64,000 bases of DNA from Histomonas meleagridis 2922-C6/04-290x (GCA_020184695.1 JAANOX010000241.1:1-64000); one strand, 5' to 3'; positions 11,068-23,459 are shown, counted from the stretch's first letter. Notes: generated from the sequence alone by a model not told the origin. Made by a program: numbers and translations.

Positions 11068-13629
11068 TTATTCAATCCACGTATTTCCGTTTCTTATTAC
11101 AAACAATTCAGCCGAAAGATTTTTTAAAAGTATTGGCACATTTCGTGCATCAGCCTCAAGAACTTTTTGGTAATTTGAGCAAAATTCTTCTGAAGCTCCA
11201 AGAGATTGTAAGGTTTGAGACAACAAGTTTGAAAATAAACCATAATTTTTCTTTGACAAAGGAATATGAAAATTAGCTACCGCTACCAACAATCTTTGAT
11301 ATTTTACTTTTGTTGGGTCGAAAGCAGACGATAGCAAAAAATTGAATGAAATTGGTGTAAACTCCTGAATTATTAAATCTGCATTTAGCATATATGAACA
11401 CTGTAAAAATAGAAATATATAATATAGAATATCTGGATTATCATATCTCCGTAACAACAACTCTTTTGTATTTTCAAGAATTTTTATAAACAAATCAATT
11501 TGATGTTGAAAAATTTCCACACTCTGCATGTAAAATTGATATACAAATCTTACCATTGTTGTTGCTTCGGCTATTTCTATGTCTTGTGAACAAGGCATAG
11601 ACATAGTTTCTGCAAGAGAAACAAAGAATAAGTTTGTAATAACTTCGAGTAATTTCAAAATCCATTCATAGTTTGACTCAAAGTTTGGCACTTTTTTGTT
11701 TTTTGAGATGTAAATAAATTTTGTTGCCACTTCACAAACCGCCGAAATTGAATTCCTTCCACAAATAAATTGAATTACCGATAGAAACAGCTGAAAACCG
11801 TTCGGCGTAAAAACGTTTATACATCTGATTAATAAACTTAGCAATTCGTCATCGTTTTGACATTTTGGAATTAATTGGGAAATCAAAGGAATAACTTTAT
11901 CAGCGACAACTGAAGTATCAATGTTGGACATAAAATTGAGTAAAAGTTCAATACTTTGATGATTATCTGCATTTTGAATATTTGCTACAAGATTATCAAT
12001 GCATTCATAGAGCACAGGTTTTAGCTTTGCTTCATATAATCCGTATGTTAATCGTGCTGCTATAACTGTATAGTTGTTATTCATTACGGACATTAATCTG
12101 CTAATAATTTCTTCATTGACGGCGATTCTTTTTGCTCTTCTAATTGCAAATTGCTTTAATAAATTCGCAAATAACTTTCTTGCATTTTCATGTATTTGAT
12201 CAGCCAAAGAAAATTCCATTAATGAGTTAAATATTTCATTGTTATATTGGTTTTGAAATCGTTGATCTTTTTCTTGAAATGCTAAAGTTAATTTAAGGAA
12301 ATTATACATTACATAAAACTGTTCATTATTAATTGGTGGGTGAACATTAAATAAAGGAGTAAAAAAGCCAAAACATTCTGCGAAATATGGAACATTAATT
12401 TTTTTTAGTAATATTTCATATAATATTTCCAAAAATGTTGAAGCTCTTAGTGTATCTTCGAGCATATTACTTTGTCGTGAAAACGCAAGTAATATTTGTA
12501 AGACAATTTCTGTGTTTTGTTCAAGATAAATTAAAATGATTCGATTAAGTTGATTTAAAAAATTACTTGTTGGTTGATATTGTGTAGTGTTGTATGTTAT
12601 CATTATTCGTTGTAATATACTCGGCATAATTACATTAACACTTTCGGGAACATTTAATGCAAATGTATATATAAATCCTAAAACGCATCGAGAAACTTCT
12701 TCGTTAGGCATTTGCAAAAAGAGAAGCGAAAGTTTAAGGAATTCTTGTGATAACTCGGTGCCTATAAATGAATATCCACCAGCTTGAGTGGCTCGTGCAC
12801 CATAAATAAGGACATTTTGATCTTGTCCAAATGTTTGGCATATCTGTGTAATGAGTGGTATAATTTGGAGTTGTGTTGCTAAAACAGCTTTTTCTTCACG
12901 TGGTATTGAGCGATACATCAATGAACTATATATGTTTAAAAGTCCAATGGCTTTATTCGAATCATTAACATAATTACAAATCGTTTGAATATTGGAAACA
13001 TTTTGAACCCATGAAATATCAGCCCAACGACATAAATAAGCAAGAATCAAATAAGAATCTGAAAAGCCATTTGTAATGCCATTTATTGCTAATTGATAAA
13101 TGTTGGGAAGTATTTGTGATTGAATTAGGAAATTCTTGATCAGTTTGTTTTGAGAAAGAAGATGAGGAGTGGGAATGACAAGAAGCTTGAAAAAATGCAT
13201 AAGAGTTTTCACTTTAAGAATATCAGGAAACTGATTTACAGCTTCAAAAAATCCATTCCATTGTTGTGGAAAAGTTAAGATAGCAAAATTTGCTTGTGCA
13301 ATGGATAACTGTTCAAGAGTTTCTGGTGAATATTTTGAGATATTTTGAGTCGCTGTTACGAATAAAAAAGTCTGAATTATGGGATAATGATCATTTGTTA
13401 TTTCATATGAATGATGCACAAGACGCCTTATGGCACATATAAATGAACAGTAGTATGAAGTTTGTAGTGTGAAACTATTGAAATTGGTAATAAACCATGA
13501 TAACCCTTCCAAAGAACTCATCAATTTATTTCTTAAATTAATCCCAGAGAGTCTCATTTCTTCTGTTATTTTTTCATCAATTGGAAATGAATATGAAAGT
13601 ATCTTTTCGGTTTCAACTACCTCTCCCAT
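11068..13629 (-). CDS. ARM/HEAT karyopherin, exportin-T-like
   Basis: 853-aa helical ORF; FPQQWNGFF and LAYLCRWADISWV resemble exportin Xpo1-domain motifs. Confidence 0.55.
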   Translation of the reverse strand: MGEVVETEKILSYSFPIDEKITEEMRLSGINLRNKLMSSLEGLSWFITNFNSFTLQTSYYCSFICAIRRLVHHSYEITNDHYPIIQTFLFVTATQNISKYSPETLEQLSIAQANFAILTFPQQWNGFFEAVNQFPDILKVKTLMHFFKLLVIPTPHLLSQNKLIKNFLIQSQILPNIYQLAINGITNGFSDSYLILAYLCRWADISWVQNVSNIQTICNYVNDSNKAIGLLNIYSSLMYRSIPREEKAVLATQLQIIPLITQICQTFGQDQNVLIYGARATQAGGYSFIGTELSQEFLKLSLLFLQMPNEEVSRCVLGFIYTFALNVPESVNVIMPSILQRIMITYNTTQYQPTSNFLNQLNRIILIYLEQNTEIVLQILLAFSRQSNMLEDTLRASTFLEILYEILLKKINVPYFAECFGFFTPLFNVHPPINNEQFYVMYNFLKLTLAFQEKDQRFQNQYNNEIFNSLMEFSLADQIHENARKLFANLLKQFAIRRAKRIAVNEEIISRLMSVMNNNYTVIAARLTYGLYEAKLKPVLYECIDNLVANIQNADNHQSIELLLNFMSNIDTSVVADKVIPLISQLIPKCQNDDELLSLLIRCINVFTPNGFQLFLSVIQFICGRNSISAVCEVATKFIYISKNKKVPNFESNYEWILKLLEVITNLFFVSLAETMSMPCSQDIEIAEATTMVRFVYQFYMQSVEIFQHQIDLFIKILENTKELLLRRYDNPDILYYIFLFLQCSYMLNADLIIQEFTPISFNFLLSSAFDPTKVKYQRLLVAVANFHIPLSKKNYGLFSNLLSQTLQSLGASEEFCSNYQKVLEADARNVPILLKNLSAELFVIRNGNTWIE

Positions 13630-15322
13630 TAAATCCTAAAATATAAACGTACACACTCTGAATTTCAAAATCGAGTTGGGGTGCTCCAAAAAATGTCATC
13701 GTCACTTTTTTACAAGATTAGAAATAACAGGAAGAAAAATATCGAATCAATATTTCTTCGTTTTCTACCTCACATGAGCATTGCATATCATGGACAAATC
13801 TCCTTTTATATGACTCCTTTCAACATTATATGTTGTGAAAAGTAAGCAGCACTTTTCGATCGGTTACAATTAATACGTTCAAAAAACTGAAATTTTACTA
13901 TCAACGGATTGAATGGCTAATTCCATTTTGAAAGGTATAAACCGTCATCATCAGTTTTTTGGGGCGGTGCGAGATTCTTGGAATTCATTCCAAGATTATT
14001 AGTATTCTATGTGCATTTCAAAATGGTTCGGCAGACAAGGCCGAGAGCCTTATGAAGCAGCTCTTCAGCTATTTCGGCACATGTAAGACGATGCCTTATG
14101 CTATGATGAAATCGGAGTCTACGACGTAATATTACGTGTTGATTGAATGCATCAATCAAAACTTTTCAATTCATTCAAAAAAAAAAAAGTTTGCGCAAAC
14201 TTTCGTTATAAAAAGACGATAAAATTGGGTTTTCAAACTGACCGTTTAGATATGACTGTGTTTCAGACATTCAAATATTCATAGAAATATTTTTACACTC
14301 ATTCAAAATTGAACCAAATGGATCGGCAAAAAAAGCGTGAAATGATTAAATGAAAACAAAAGCTACAAATGCACGATTTCGAATGTGATGTTCTCTTCGT
14401 TGAGAGAACAGTCCACAGCACCCTGATTGTATGATGTGTAATATTAATTTCATAGGATTATATAAAAGTGATATTAGTTGGCCGAAAGACCGTTAAAGCA
14501 AACTTAAAGTTCAACCTAGTTAAATTCTCGAAATTTTAAGTAATCAATTATATATCTGCAGTGTTTTTCAAATATATTTTATTTCTCGAAGAAATCTTGA
14601 AAATAATAATGATTTTTCAGATTCTAAATTTTTAAAATCTTAAAGATTTTATTCTTATTCTTATTACGTATTTTTTTTTGAACGATGTATTCTAATATAT
14701 GAATTCATTATAATTTTTTTAATTTCCTTAAATTTTGTGTAATAACAAATGTTATTAGTCTTATCCGAAAAGAAAATATAACAAAATTCATAACAAAAAT
14801 CATTGTTAAGATCAATCCCATGATAAATAGTTTCATTTATATTCGAAAAAAACAATATTTATCGATTTTTTTCAGAATTTTAGCATATATCATAATATAA
14901 TTTTATCTTTGTCTGAATGAAGATGTTATATTTTGTTTAATTTAAAATGGAGCACTCAGCGTGAGTGCGTTTATGTTATAATAATAAATAATTCTGAATA
15001 ATCGAATGATTGAAAATTAAAAACTCAAATATCATAAATGTTCAAGGAAATTAATTGCTTATATTCCGATACTAATTGTCATGGTTTCCTTACAATTTAA
15101 CCAAAAAATTTCAAGCAGGTTTATTTTTTCCCAAGTCATTGTGCTCATTTATTGACTTCAAAAAGCGAGTCAAAATCAATTGAAAAAACCGCACTCTATT
15201 ATTGAAAAAATCAATGAATTGGTTTCTTTGTCGAAATATCTTTTTTGAGAAGGGTTAACCCTAATTTGAAAACTTTTTCAAACAAATTTCTATTTTTCGT
15301 TCAAAAAACAACATAGCTCTTC

Positions 15323-15709
15323 ATGGGACGACACGAGAAGAACCACAAGCCAAAACATCAAATCATTTTCAAGCCTGATGGATTAGATTATATTTTAGAA
15401 TTTACAAAAAAAGGATTCACAAAAGAATCACTAATGATATTGGAAGAAATGGCCGAGATTTCAGAAAATAGGATAAATACGGCTGCTGAAACTACGGATG
15501 AAATTTCTGACTTTGATGATAGTTCATTTATTGATCCAAACAAAAATCCATATCAATTTTCATATTCATATTGTACGATCTTCCATACTGATTACAAATC
15601 TACTAGCCCAGAAGTAAATGACGTGAATCCTGAAATCAAAAAAGAAAGTTCGCCAAGCACGTTCGAATGGGATTTTTGCGATGTTGAAATTGATGGTGAT
15701 TTATTTTGA
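15323..15709 (+). CDS. Hypothetical protein, acidic C-terminus
   Basis: 128-aa ATG ORF isolated in AT-rich flanks. Confidence 0.55.
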   Translation: MGRHEKNHKPKHQIIFKPDGLDYILEFTKKGFTKESLMILEEMAEISENRINTAAETTDEISDFDDSSFIDPNKNPYQFSYSYCTIFHTDYKSTSPEVNDVNPEIKKESSPSTFEWDFCDVEIDGDLF

Positions 15710-17660
15710 TCAAAGACCATAGGACAATTAAGACTTTATCTCCAACTTCAAAGGATTATGTAAAAAAAATTTCAAATTCATTTTATTGCTCAAATACTAT
15801 AGAGTCATTTTTATTCATATAAATATGCTTTATCTTTAAATTTTTTTTTGACTGCAAAATAACCTTCTTATCATCTTTAATTCCATCAAGTTTAATTCAA
15901 GATATTTTTATTTGTTTGTACATGATAATATATAAATAAAAATATATTATTGGAATTATTGTTTGCAAATGATTTTATGCCATTAATGCATTTATTTTTA
16001 ATACTATAATTATTTATAAACAAAATTGCTTGTAATATTATTTTATTATATTTTGAAATTATTTCAGTCTTCTTTTAGTAAGTGCGGAATCTCATATATA
16101 TCGCTTTGATGAATAAATAAATATTATTAGATCGATTAGAATCCAATACTACTGAAAATTTATCTATATTTTTATATTACCTGTAGAAAATGAAATTATA
16201 CCAGATCGTAGTCCATATTTTGTTTTCGAATACAAATTAAAATATGTGACTAAGTGAATGATATATTTATATATTTATATAATCATCGAGGCTTTTTTTG
16301 TAATCAGTCCCATAATTAAAAAATAATAATGTTTATGTTTTTATGATGTCTTGGTGTTGATTATATATTTATTCGAGAATATTATTGAAATTTAATAATT
16401 TTGAAAAACCAAAAAAAGTGATTGAAAAAACAATTTCATTAAGATCGCATTCAATTGCTCGTAATGTATCTATATTATATGATGTTTTCATTGAGATTTT
16501 AGAAAGAAATATATAATAAAAGGTGAACTATCAAAAAACCGCTACGAGAACTAATAAAACGTCAAAATTATCTGAAAAATGGGATCGGTACCGATTGAAT
16601 TACCCAAATCTCATTGAAAAATTTCAATTTATCCATTGCACTTCACATGTATTATCCGTATCAACCTGGCTTTCTTTCTGAGAGGCGTGAGCCTTTGAGC
16701 TTAATTTCAATGCCCAAATGAGGACTGTCGTTTATCCTGCTTCATTGAGTTGAACTGTCTGCAACCGCTCAACCCATCGCAAAAGTTGTCAAAATAATCA
16801 TTCAAAATTGTGAGCACTGAAAATATTTACCGGTTATGGTTCTTTGAAAATGAGTTTATTTTAATCGTTTTTATAACTGATTTTTTACAACAGTAAGTGT
16901 AGTTACGGTTTGAAGTTTCGTAATAGTAATGTCAACTCGTTAACCAAATTATAAATTTGATCTTTCTTCACTTGAATTTTACATTGTACTTCTAAGCCTA
17001 AAACGATCGTTGCTCTCTATAGTTTTCTAGTTATGTTTTTTCCTTTGACGATTTATTGAATTTCGGGAGACATTTTTAGCTTTATTGCATTTTCTTGGTG
17101 TCCTTGAATATGAAATTGAAATGAATGAAAATAAATGAAAAAATTGATGATTAATCAGTTCAGCATTAATTCAAGGAATGAGAGGACTTGCTTCCTCAGA
17201 AAAGCAATTCCATATATGTTTCAAATTCTTTGCGGCTATAAAATTACAAATGAATCTGAAAGTAATGATAATGCTTAAAGCAATATCCAAAAATTAATAA
17301 ACTCATTTAGAGATATTAAAATTAACGAATATATTTTTTTATCAAATTAAACTTTTGATTCAAGTTCCATGATAGATGTACTTATGATTAATTTGATCTA
17401 ATTATATTTTACCATATTTTCTTCAATTATATGGCACACAAATAACTTGTTCATATGAATATCATGAATTCAAAGTTCATAATTGACTTAATAAGATAAA
17501 GATTTAGACATGAATGATATTCTTTCGGGCAAAACAAAAAAACATAAACATTCGACATAACTTTTCTTATGTCTTTCCAGTTGAATCTTTCAACGAAGAA
17601 ACGTGAAATCATTTTAACGTCTTTTGCTTCAAGCGAAATACAGAGACCGTTAAATAAAAA

Positions 17661-20600
17661 ATGCTAAATAGGGTTTATTATGATACCCAACTAATACAAA
17701 AAGATTTTGCATCTTTCACAGACGAAGAACTTTACGGTCATGTTTCTATAGTTAACTATTTTGTATCTTTTTTTCAATCAAATACAAATAAATCAATCAC
17801 AAATTCATTTCGCTTTAGTTTTTCAAATGATGGCAAATATGCAACACTTTCGATCGGATCATCTGTTTATTTCATAAATTTTATTGCAAATTCAATTATA
17901 TACTCAAAATCAGATACTAATTTTTTATCATCAGCTTTTCATCCAGCAAAAAAAGAAATTTTATTACTTACCAAAACAGCTATTTTCGTGTATTCTTATG
18001 ACTTAAAAAAAATCGGACAAAATTCTAATTCAAACTTTTTCAAATTACTTCCATTTGCAAATGATGTTTATGGACTGACCTCAAATTCTCTTGTTTCATT
18101 AAATTCAAATAATGTCATCCATACCAATATTCCAAAACCACAAATTTCAGCTTCATGCACCAAATTCATTGCGCTTATTACCAAAACCTTAACGATTATC
18201 AACGAAGATTGCTCACAACTTACTCCTTCCTACATCTTTGATGATCCAAAAGATTGTGTATTTTCTAATGATTTCAATCATTTTTTTGTATTAGATTCAT
18301 TTAACAAAGTCATTATTTTTTCACTTGAAAAGAATGTCAAAGAAACTAACGTCATTGAAGTTCCTTCACTTTATCTTGCATCATGGGATAATTTACATTT
18401 TGCTACGCTTGATGAATTTGGTTCAATTGGAATTTATTCAATTGAAAACGATCAAAAACATTTTGAACAAATAACCGTCAAAGCCGATTCATTTATGTTT
18501 AATACCCAACAAGGATTATTAGTTCTTGAACCACAAGAACAAATTGGGGAATCAACACATTTTAATCTTGTTCATTATATTTCTGTCACTCCATTTGAGT
18601 TATATCAGCGTAATTGTGAGCAAGGATTTTTTGGTGATGCATTAGTCCTTTTACGAACTTTTGATTTTGATAAAGATATATACTATAAAGCATATGTTAA
18701 ACAAAATGAATTAACAATACAATTAATTAATGATTATTTAAAATTAATCAAAGACAAAAATTTTGTTTTTGATTTTTGTAAGGAATCAATTGGAGAAACG
18801 CCTGATATTAATTCAGAATTAATACGTACAGGTCTTGAAATCAAACCAAATGATGAAACAATGTTACGATATAATGAACGTTTAAAAATATTCACAAAAA
18901 TGAATAGAGACGGTTTTAACGGCAAAGAATGGCAAAAATTTAGGAATTGTGATCTGAAAAAGCAATTAACTTTATGGGGTAAACGGTCGCTTTTTCACAA
19001 AATTTCGGTTGTATTCAAAAATTCGAGCGAATTAAACGCCGATGAAAAGAAGGATTTTGTTGTTAATTCAATATCACCTTTTGCTGATCCTAATGAATAT
19101 ATCAATATAATTCAAGAAGCCGATACCTTCCGAGAACGTGCCAATAAGATTGATATGTTTACTGGTGAAACAAATCTAATTGTTGATTTACTAAAATTAG
19201 GCTCTAAACGTTTTCCAAGCTTAATAAAAGATTCAGAATTAGCAATTGAATTTGATAATTATATTACAAATTTTGCTAATGAAGAATCAAGCATAACTAT
19301 GCGATATCAAAAATATGTAAATGATTTAAATGATGATGAACGAATATTATTATTTTGCACTAACGTCAAAACAGGCGAAGAACTTTGTAAAATATTTAAT
19401 AGCGATGCAAAAACAATCATTTTAAGAAGTCCCGAATCATTAATAAATGTATTAAGTACACCAATTCTTTATGAAAATCCCAAATTCTTTTATAATTATA
19501 ATATGAAAGATCGAATTCGGGAAATAAGGAATTCATTAAAAACACAAAATGAAGAAACAATCAAAGAATTCATTGGAAACATTATCGATAAAATGACATT
19601 GGTTGATTCGACATATTTATTGGATTATTTTCGAGATTATTTAACGAAAAAAGATTCGTTACTTTTAGGAATAATTAAAATCGCAATTCTTACAAATGTT
19701 AACATTGATAATATCTCATTAAAAGAAATCACGACACAAAATATATTGAAGTTTTCGAAAGAAATATCACAAAAACATTCAGACTCATGGAATGGATTTG
19801 TCGAAATATTATATGAAGCGAATGAAACAATATTTAAAGACAAACAATTTCTTGAACAAATAAAAGAAATTGATTTAGTTACTAAATTACATAATAATCA
19901 AGATTATGATATCCAAACAGAAAAAGAAAGAGATATAACATTAACAATAATTAAAGAATATTGTCAACGTGCGAATTCTTGTAAAATTTCATCTGATAAT
20001 TATTTAAGTAATGCACATCGATTCTTAAGTTTCATACCGAAGAATTTAATCAATGATAATGTTGAAGAATATATTAAAAAGTTCCAAAAATATAATGAAA
20101 TTAGTGAAATTAATCCAAAGATTACTCCAAATGAAATCGATAAAGAAAATAATTCGACTTCTTTAGTGAAATTAATATTAAACAAAAATATTATTATAAA
20201 TGATATTGAACGGTTTATTAAAAGTGTTCAATTATTATGTAAACAATTAAAAGATATAAATCAAAAAGTAATAAATGAAGAATTAGCAAAAATTTGTTTG
20301 GAAAATAATAAATTGGAATTCGGTTATCAATTTTTAGATGATTCAAATGAATCAATTAAAATGAAATATGCAAAAATGGAAAAGAACAAAAAGAAAAAAA
20401 TCGAATTATGTAAAAATGAAATTAAAATTTGTTCAAAAGATTATTTACCATTTTACATCGATGTTTTACAAAATGAAATCTTAAAGCCAATGAATGAAAA
20501 TGATAAAATTTTAAAGTTAATAACTTCAACAAATAACAAAACGATATTTCACTTTGCGTTTTCGTTAATAGATCCAAAGAAAAGATTCGACATTATATAC

Positions 20601-21440
20601 TCTTATTTAGATAAAAATGAGGATTTAGAATCGAATTTTTTGTTTATACATAAAATAAAAGAATTCATTAATGAAAACGAATTCAATGATTATTATAACA
20701 AAATAATGTCATATTTATCGAAATTACCTTTAGACAATCAAAGGCAAATCATTAAAAAAGTCGAAAAACAAAATTACACAACTGATACTAATACTAAATT
20801 AAAGGTTTATACTATAGAAATGTTAGAAAAAATGAATATTAAAGTGAAGAATGAAACAAAAATCGAAGAATTTTCAAGTCTAATTTTGAATAACCCGGAT
20901 TCTGTAAACTACTCAAAAACAGTTATCGACATTCTCAAAATTTGGATGGAGTTAAACGTTTTGAACCCAAAAATTTCAAAGGAATTTGCATTGAAATTAT
21001 TCAAAGGAAATTTAAACAAAGATAGAGAATTTTGGAATTCAGTTTTGGATGAAGAAACAGAAATGGAAATACTTCAAGAAACTAATGATGTAGGATTTGG
21101 CCTTACATCAAAATATAAGTCTGTTATTATAGAAAGTAATGATATTGTGTTGTCACAAAAAATTAAAACACTTCCAGATCAAGCTATTGATGCAATTATA
21201 GAACGTGGCGATGCTCACTTATATGTTGATGCTTTGCTGTTTGATTCTATTCTTGCAAGAGCTCAAAGTTCATTCCAATTTAGAATGATCTTCAATTCGC
21301 TTAAAAGTAATAACCAAACATTGGCATTGATAAAACTTATTTCGTGCTTCTTAAATATATCTCAGAAATTTATTTTGCCTTTTGAAGCGGATGAGTTAAT
21401 ATCTTATGCAGAACAAATATTTATCAATAAATCTGATTAG
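17661..21440 (+). CDS. NBAS/Sec39-like subunit of the Dsl1/NRZ tether
   Basis: N-terminal beta-propeller-like region, then TPFELYQRNCEQGFFGDALVLLRTFDFDKDIYY, matching my recollection of NBAS PEELYQRK...ALSLA..YGLD.DLVY. Confidence 0.7.
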   Translation: MLNRVYYDTQLIQKDFASFTDEELYGHVSIVNYFVSFFQSNTNKSITNSFRFSFSNDGKYATLSIGSSVYFINFIANSIIYSKSDTNFLSSAFHPAKKEILLLTKTAIFVYSYDLKKIGQNSNSNFFKLLPFANDVYGLTSNSLVSLNSNNVIHTNIPKPQISASCTKFIALITKTLTIINEDCSQLTPSYIFDDPKDCVFSNDFNHFFVLDSFNKVIIFSLEKNVKETNVIEVPSLYLASWDNLHFATLDEFGSIGIYSIENDQKHFEQITVKADSFMFNTQQGLLVLEPQEQIGESTHFNLVHYISVTPFELYQRNCEQGFFGDALVLLRTFDFDKDIYYKAYVKQNELTIQLINDYLKLIKDKNFVFDFCKESIGETPDINSELIRTGLEIKPNDETMLRYNERLKIFTKMNRDGFNGKEWQKFRNCDLKKQLTLWGKRSLFHKISVVFKNSSELNADEKKDFVVNSISPFADPNEYINIIQEADTFRERANKIDMFTGETNLIVDLLKLGSKRFPSLIKDSELAIEFDNYITNFANEESSITMRYQKYVNDLNDDERILLFCTNVKTGEELCKIFNSDAKTIILRSPESLINVLSTPILYENPKFFYNYNMKDRIREIRNSLKTQNEETIKEFIGNIIDKMTLVDSTYLLDYFRDYLTKKDSLLLGIIKIAILTNVNIDNISLKEITTQNILKFSKEISQKHSDSWNGFVEILYEANETIFKDKQFLEQIKEIDLVTKLHNNQDYDIQTEKERDITLTIIKEYCQRANSCKISSDNYLSNAHRFLSFIPKNLINDNVEEYIKKFQKYNEISEINPKITPNEIDKENNSTSLVKLILNKNIIINDIERFIKSVQLLCKQLKDINQKVINEELAKICLENNKLEFGYQFLDDSNESIKMKYAKMEKNKKKKIELCKNEIKICSKDYLPFYIDVLQNEILKPMNENDKILKLITSTNNKTIFHFAFSLIDPKKRFDIIYSYLDKNEDLESNFLFIHKIKEFINENEFNDYYNKIMSYLSKLPLDNQRQIIKKVEKQNYTTDTNTKLKVYTIEMLEKMNIKVKNETKIEEFSSLILNNPDSVNYSKTVIDILKIWMELNVLNPKISKEFALKLFKGNLNKDREFWNSVLDEETEMEILQETNDVGFGLTSKYKSVIIESNDIVLSQKIKTLPDQAIDAIIERGDAHLYVDALLFDSILARAQSSFQFRMIFNSLKSNNQTLALIKLISCFLNISQKFILPFEADELISYAEQIFINKSD

Positions 21441-21749
21441 GTAATGTAAAAATAAAATTTTCTTTATGATTTTCTTTTTTTTTTTTTTTATTATATGTCT
21501 TCAGAGTTAAGCTTAAATGGTTTCCCGTTAAATGATATATAGATCTTTAATAAATATAAATATTCCAAATTCGCTTAATAGGTTTGAACAAAGTTCATTT
21601 CCAATGTGCTTAAGTTGAGTTAAATTTTCCCCTTACAGCCAACTTTTTATATTTGAGATTATTGTGCTCAATAACAAACGTTCATCAAAACGATTATTAT
21701 CAATTCAATTCCAGACCATTCAACCAAACAAGAAAACCAAAAGCATCCC

Positions 21750-22631
21750 ATGATCGGTGTTGATTTTGGCAGTACCTTTGTCAAAGTAGCATTGCTTAAA
21801 GACAATGGAGAAATTTTATGCCAAAAATTTCATTCCAATTTCGAAGAAATCAAAGAATATTTTACATCACATCACGATGAAAGAATTATTCATGCAGAAG
21901 ACTTCAAAAACTGGTGTGCTGTTGGTGCAGGATCATATAAATTTCGTAATTTTATTCAAACTTTACATATTCCATCTCCGATTTTTGAGGATGAAATGCG
22001 TGCAAATGCCAAAGGTGTAGCATACCTATTACAAGATAAAAATAGACTTCATATCCATGGCGGTGTAGGAAAAATATCAGACAGATATATAATTGCATCA
22101 ATGGGAACAGGCGTTTCTTTTACATTAAATTATGGAAACGAAACTAAACATATTGGCAGCTCCCCAATTGGTGGTGGAACATTAATGGCTCTTTCCAAAC
22201 TTCTTCTTGGCGTAACAAATTTTGATGAACTTTATCAACTTGCATCCAAAGGTAAACCAGAAAACGTCGATTTAATGATAGAAGATTTGGTTGGGGAAGA
22301 TTATGGTCCTACACTTGTTACCGGAACAGTTGCATCTTCAATGGCCAAAGCTGCATTTAGTAAAGAGCGGCCATCCGACGCTGACATTGCATCCTCTCTT
22401 ATTGCTACTGTTTCCTTTGCTATTGGGACACATGTATCCTCAATATGCGGATCTGAAGGAATCGATACATGCATTTTTATTAGCGGATTTCTAGACAAAG
22501 AAGGAATGATAGCAAATAATCTGAGAAGATCAGTAAATTTGTTCCAACCAAAAGTAACTTTGGTGGTACCAGATTATCATCATTACGTTGGTGCAATTGG
22601 AGCTGCCTTATTTGCAAGAGAAAAAAAATAA
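21750..22631 (+). CDS. Type II pantothenate kinase (fumble domain)
   Basis: IGVDFGSTFVKV, EMRANAKG, IASMGTGVS, IGGGTLMAL motifs. Confidence 0.88.
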   Translation: MIGVDFGSTFVKVALLKDNGEILCQKFHSNFEEIKEYFTSHHDERIIHAEDFKNWCAVGAGSYKFRNFIQTLHIPSPIFEDEMRANAKGVAYLLQDKNRLHIHGGVGKISDRYIIASMGTGVSFTLNYGNETKHIGSSPIGGGTLMALSKLLLGVTNFDELYQLASKGKPENVDLMIEDLVGEDYGPTLVTGTVASSMAKAAFSKERPSDADIASSLIATVSFAIGTHVSSICGSEGIDTCIFISGFLDKEGMIANNLRRSVNLFQPKVTLVVPDYHHYVGAIGAALFAREKK

Positions 22632-22920
22632 ACAGTCTATCACTATCACTTTGGTATTCTTAATTTATATGAAAATTGCAATTTTTTTTGGCAAATTGAT
22701 ATGTTAACATTTTTCAAATTCAAAAAACATTCGAAATCAAAACACTTTTATTAATACTTTTTACTGCATAAATCAGGCCAATACATTGTGTATAATATTA
22801 TGTAAAAAAATTGGGATAAGTTAAAAAAGAATGTAACATTAATGAAAAATTATCTTTTATAAAAATTTAAAAACAAAATAAATTCAAAATTAACATAAAT
22901 ATAATTATTAAATTATTTAT

Positions 22921-23331
22921 TTACTTTGCACGACCAAGCTTTTGAAGTGCCTTTTCACGATTTTGGCGTTTCTTTTCAATGAGATTCTTGCGATATTTAT
23001 CCATCTTGATTTTTGTGATAACGACATTTGATGGGTGGATTGGGATGAAAACTGTTTCATTGCTGATCTTCTGTTTAGTAACAGATTCAACGTTGATACG
23101 CATTGTTGAGAGTTTGACAGCAACAACACGACCTGTACGCTTCTTCATTTGACCACGAACGACTTCAACTTCATCATCACGACGGATTGGAAGACGCTTG
23201 ATTCCGTATTGTTTTTGAAGATCCTTGCTAAGAGGAGCGCTCATAGCAATATGCTTTTCTTCTTTAGTAGCGTTGAAAAATGCCTTGCGAACCTTGCGTG
23301 CTTGTGATGAAACAAATGGGTTTGTCTTCAT
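22921..23331 (-). CDS. RPL26: 60S ribosomal protein L26 (uL24)
   Basis: MKTNPFVSSQARKVRKAFF..LPIRRDDEVEVVRG..IHPSNVVITK; true ATG at 23331. Confidence 0.97.
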   Translation of the reverse strand: MKTNPFVSSQARKVRKAFFNATKEEKHIAMSAPLSKDLQKQYGIKRLPIRRDDEVEVVRGQMKKRTGRVVAVKLSTMRINVESVTKQKISNETVFIPIHPSNVVITKIKMDKYRKNLIEKKRQNREKALQKLGRAK

Positions 23332-23340
23332 TGAAGGGAT

Positions 23341-23345
23341 AAAGG
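23341..23345 (-). promoter_or_regulatory. M5-like CCTTT core promoter element
   Basis: CCTTT 10 nt upstream of the RPL26 ATG; CCTTT is the alternative initiator reported for T. vaginalis ribosomal protein genes. Confidence 0.5.
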
Positions 23346-23459
23346 CAGACCAAACGAACTCCCTCAATTTTCTTCATACTTAAAAATTTAACAGCTGTTG
23401 TGAATTCTTGTTTAAAAAAAACGTTTACCAAAACCGACACAAATGGAGGGAACCTTTCA

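Noticed and set aside
15251-15262. AGGGTTAACCCT palindrome as a piggyBac junction or telomeric seed
   Set aside because: Isolated 12-mer with no TIR similarity on either side.
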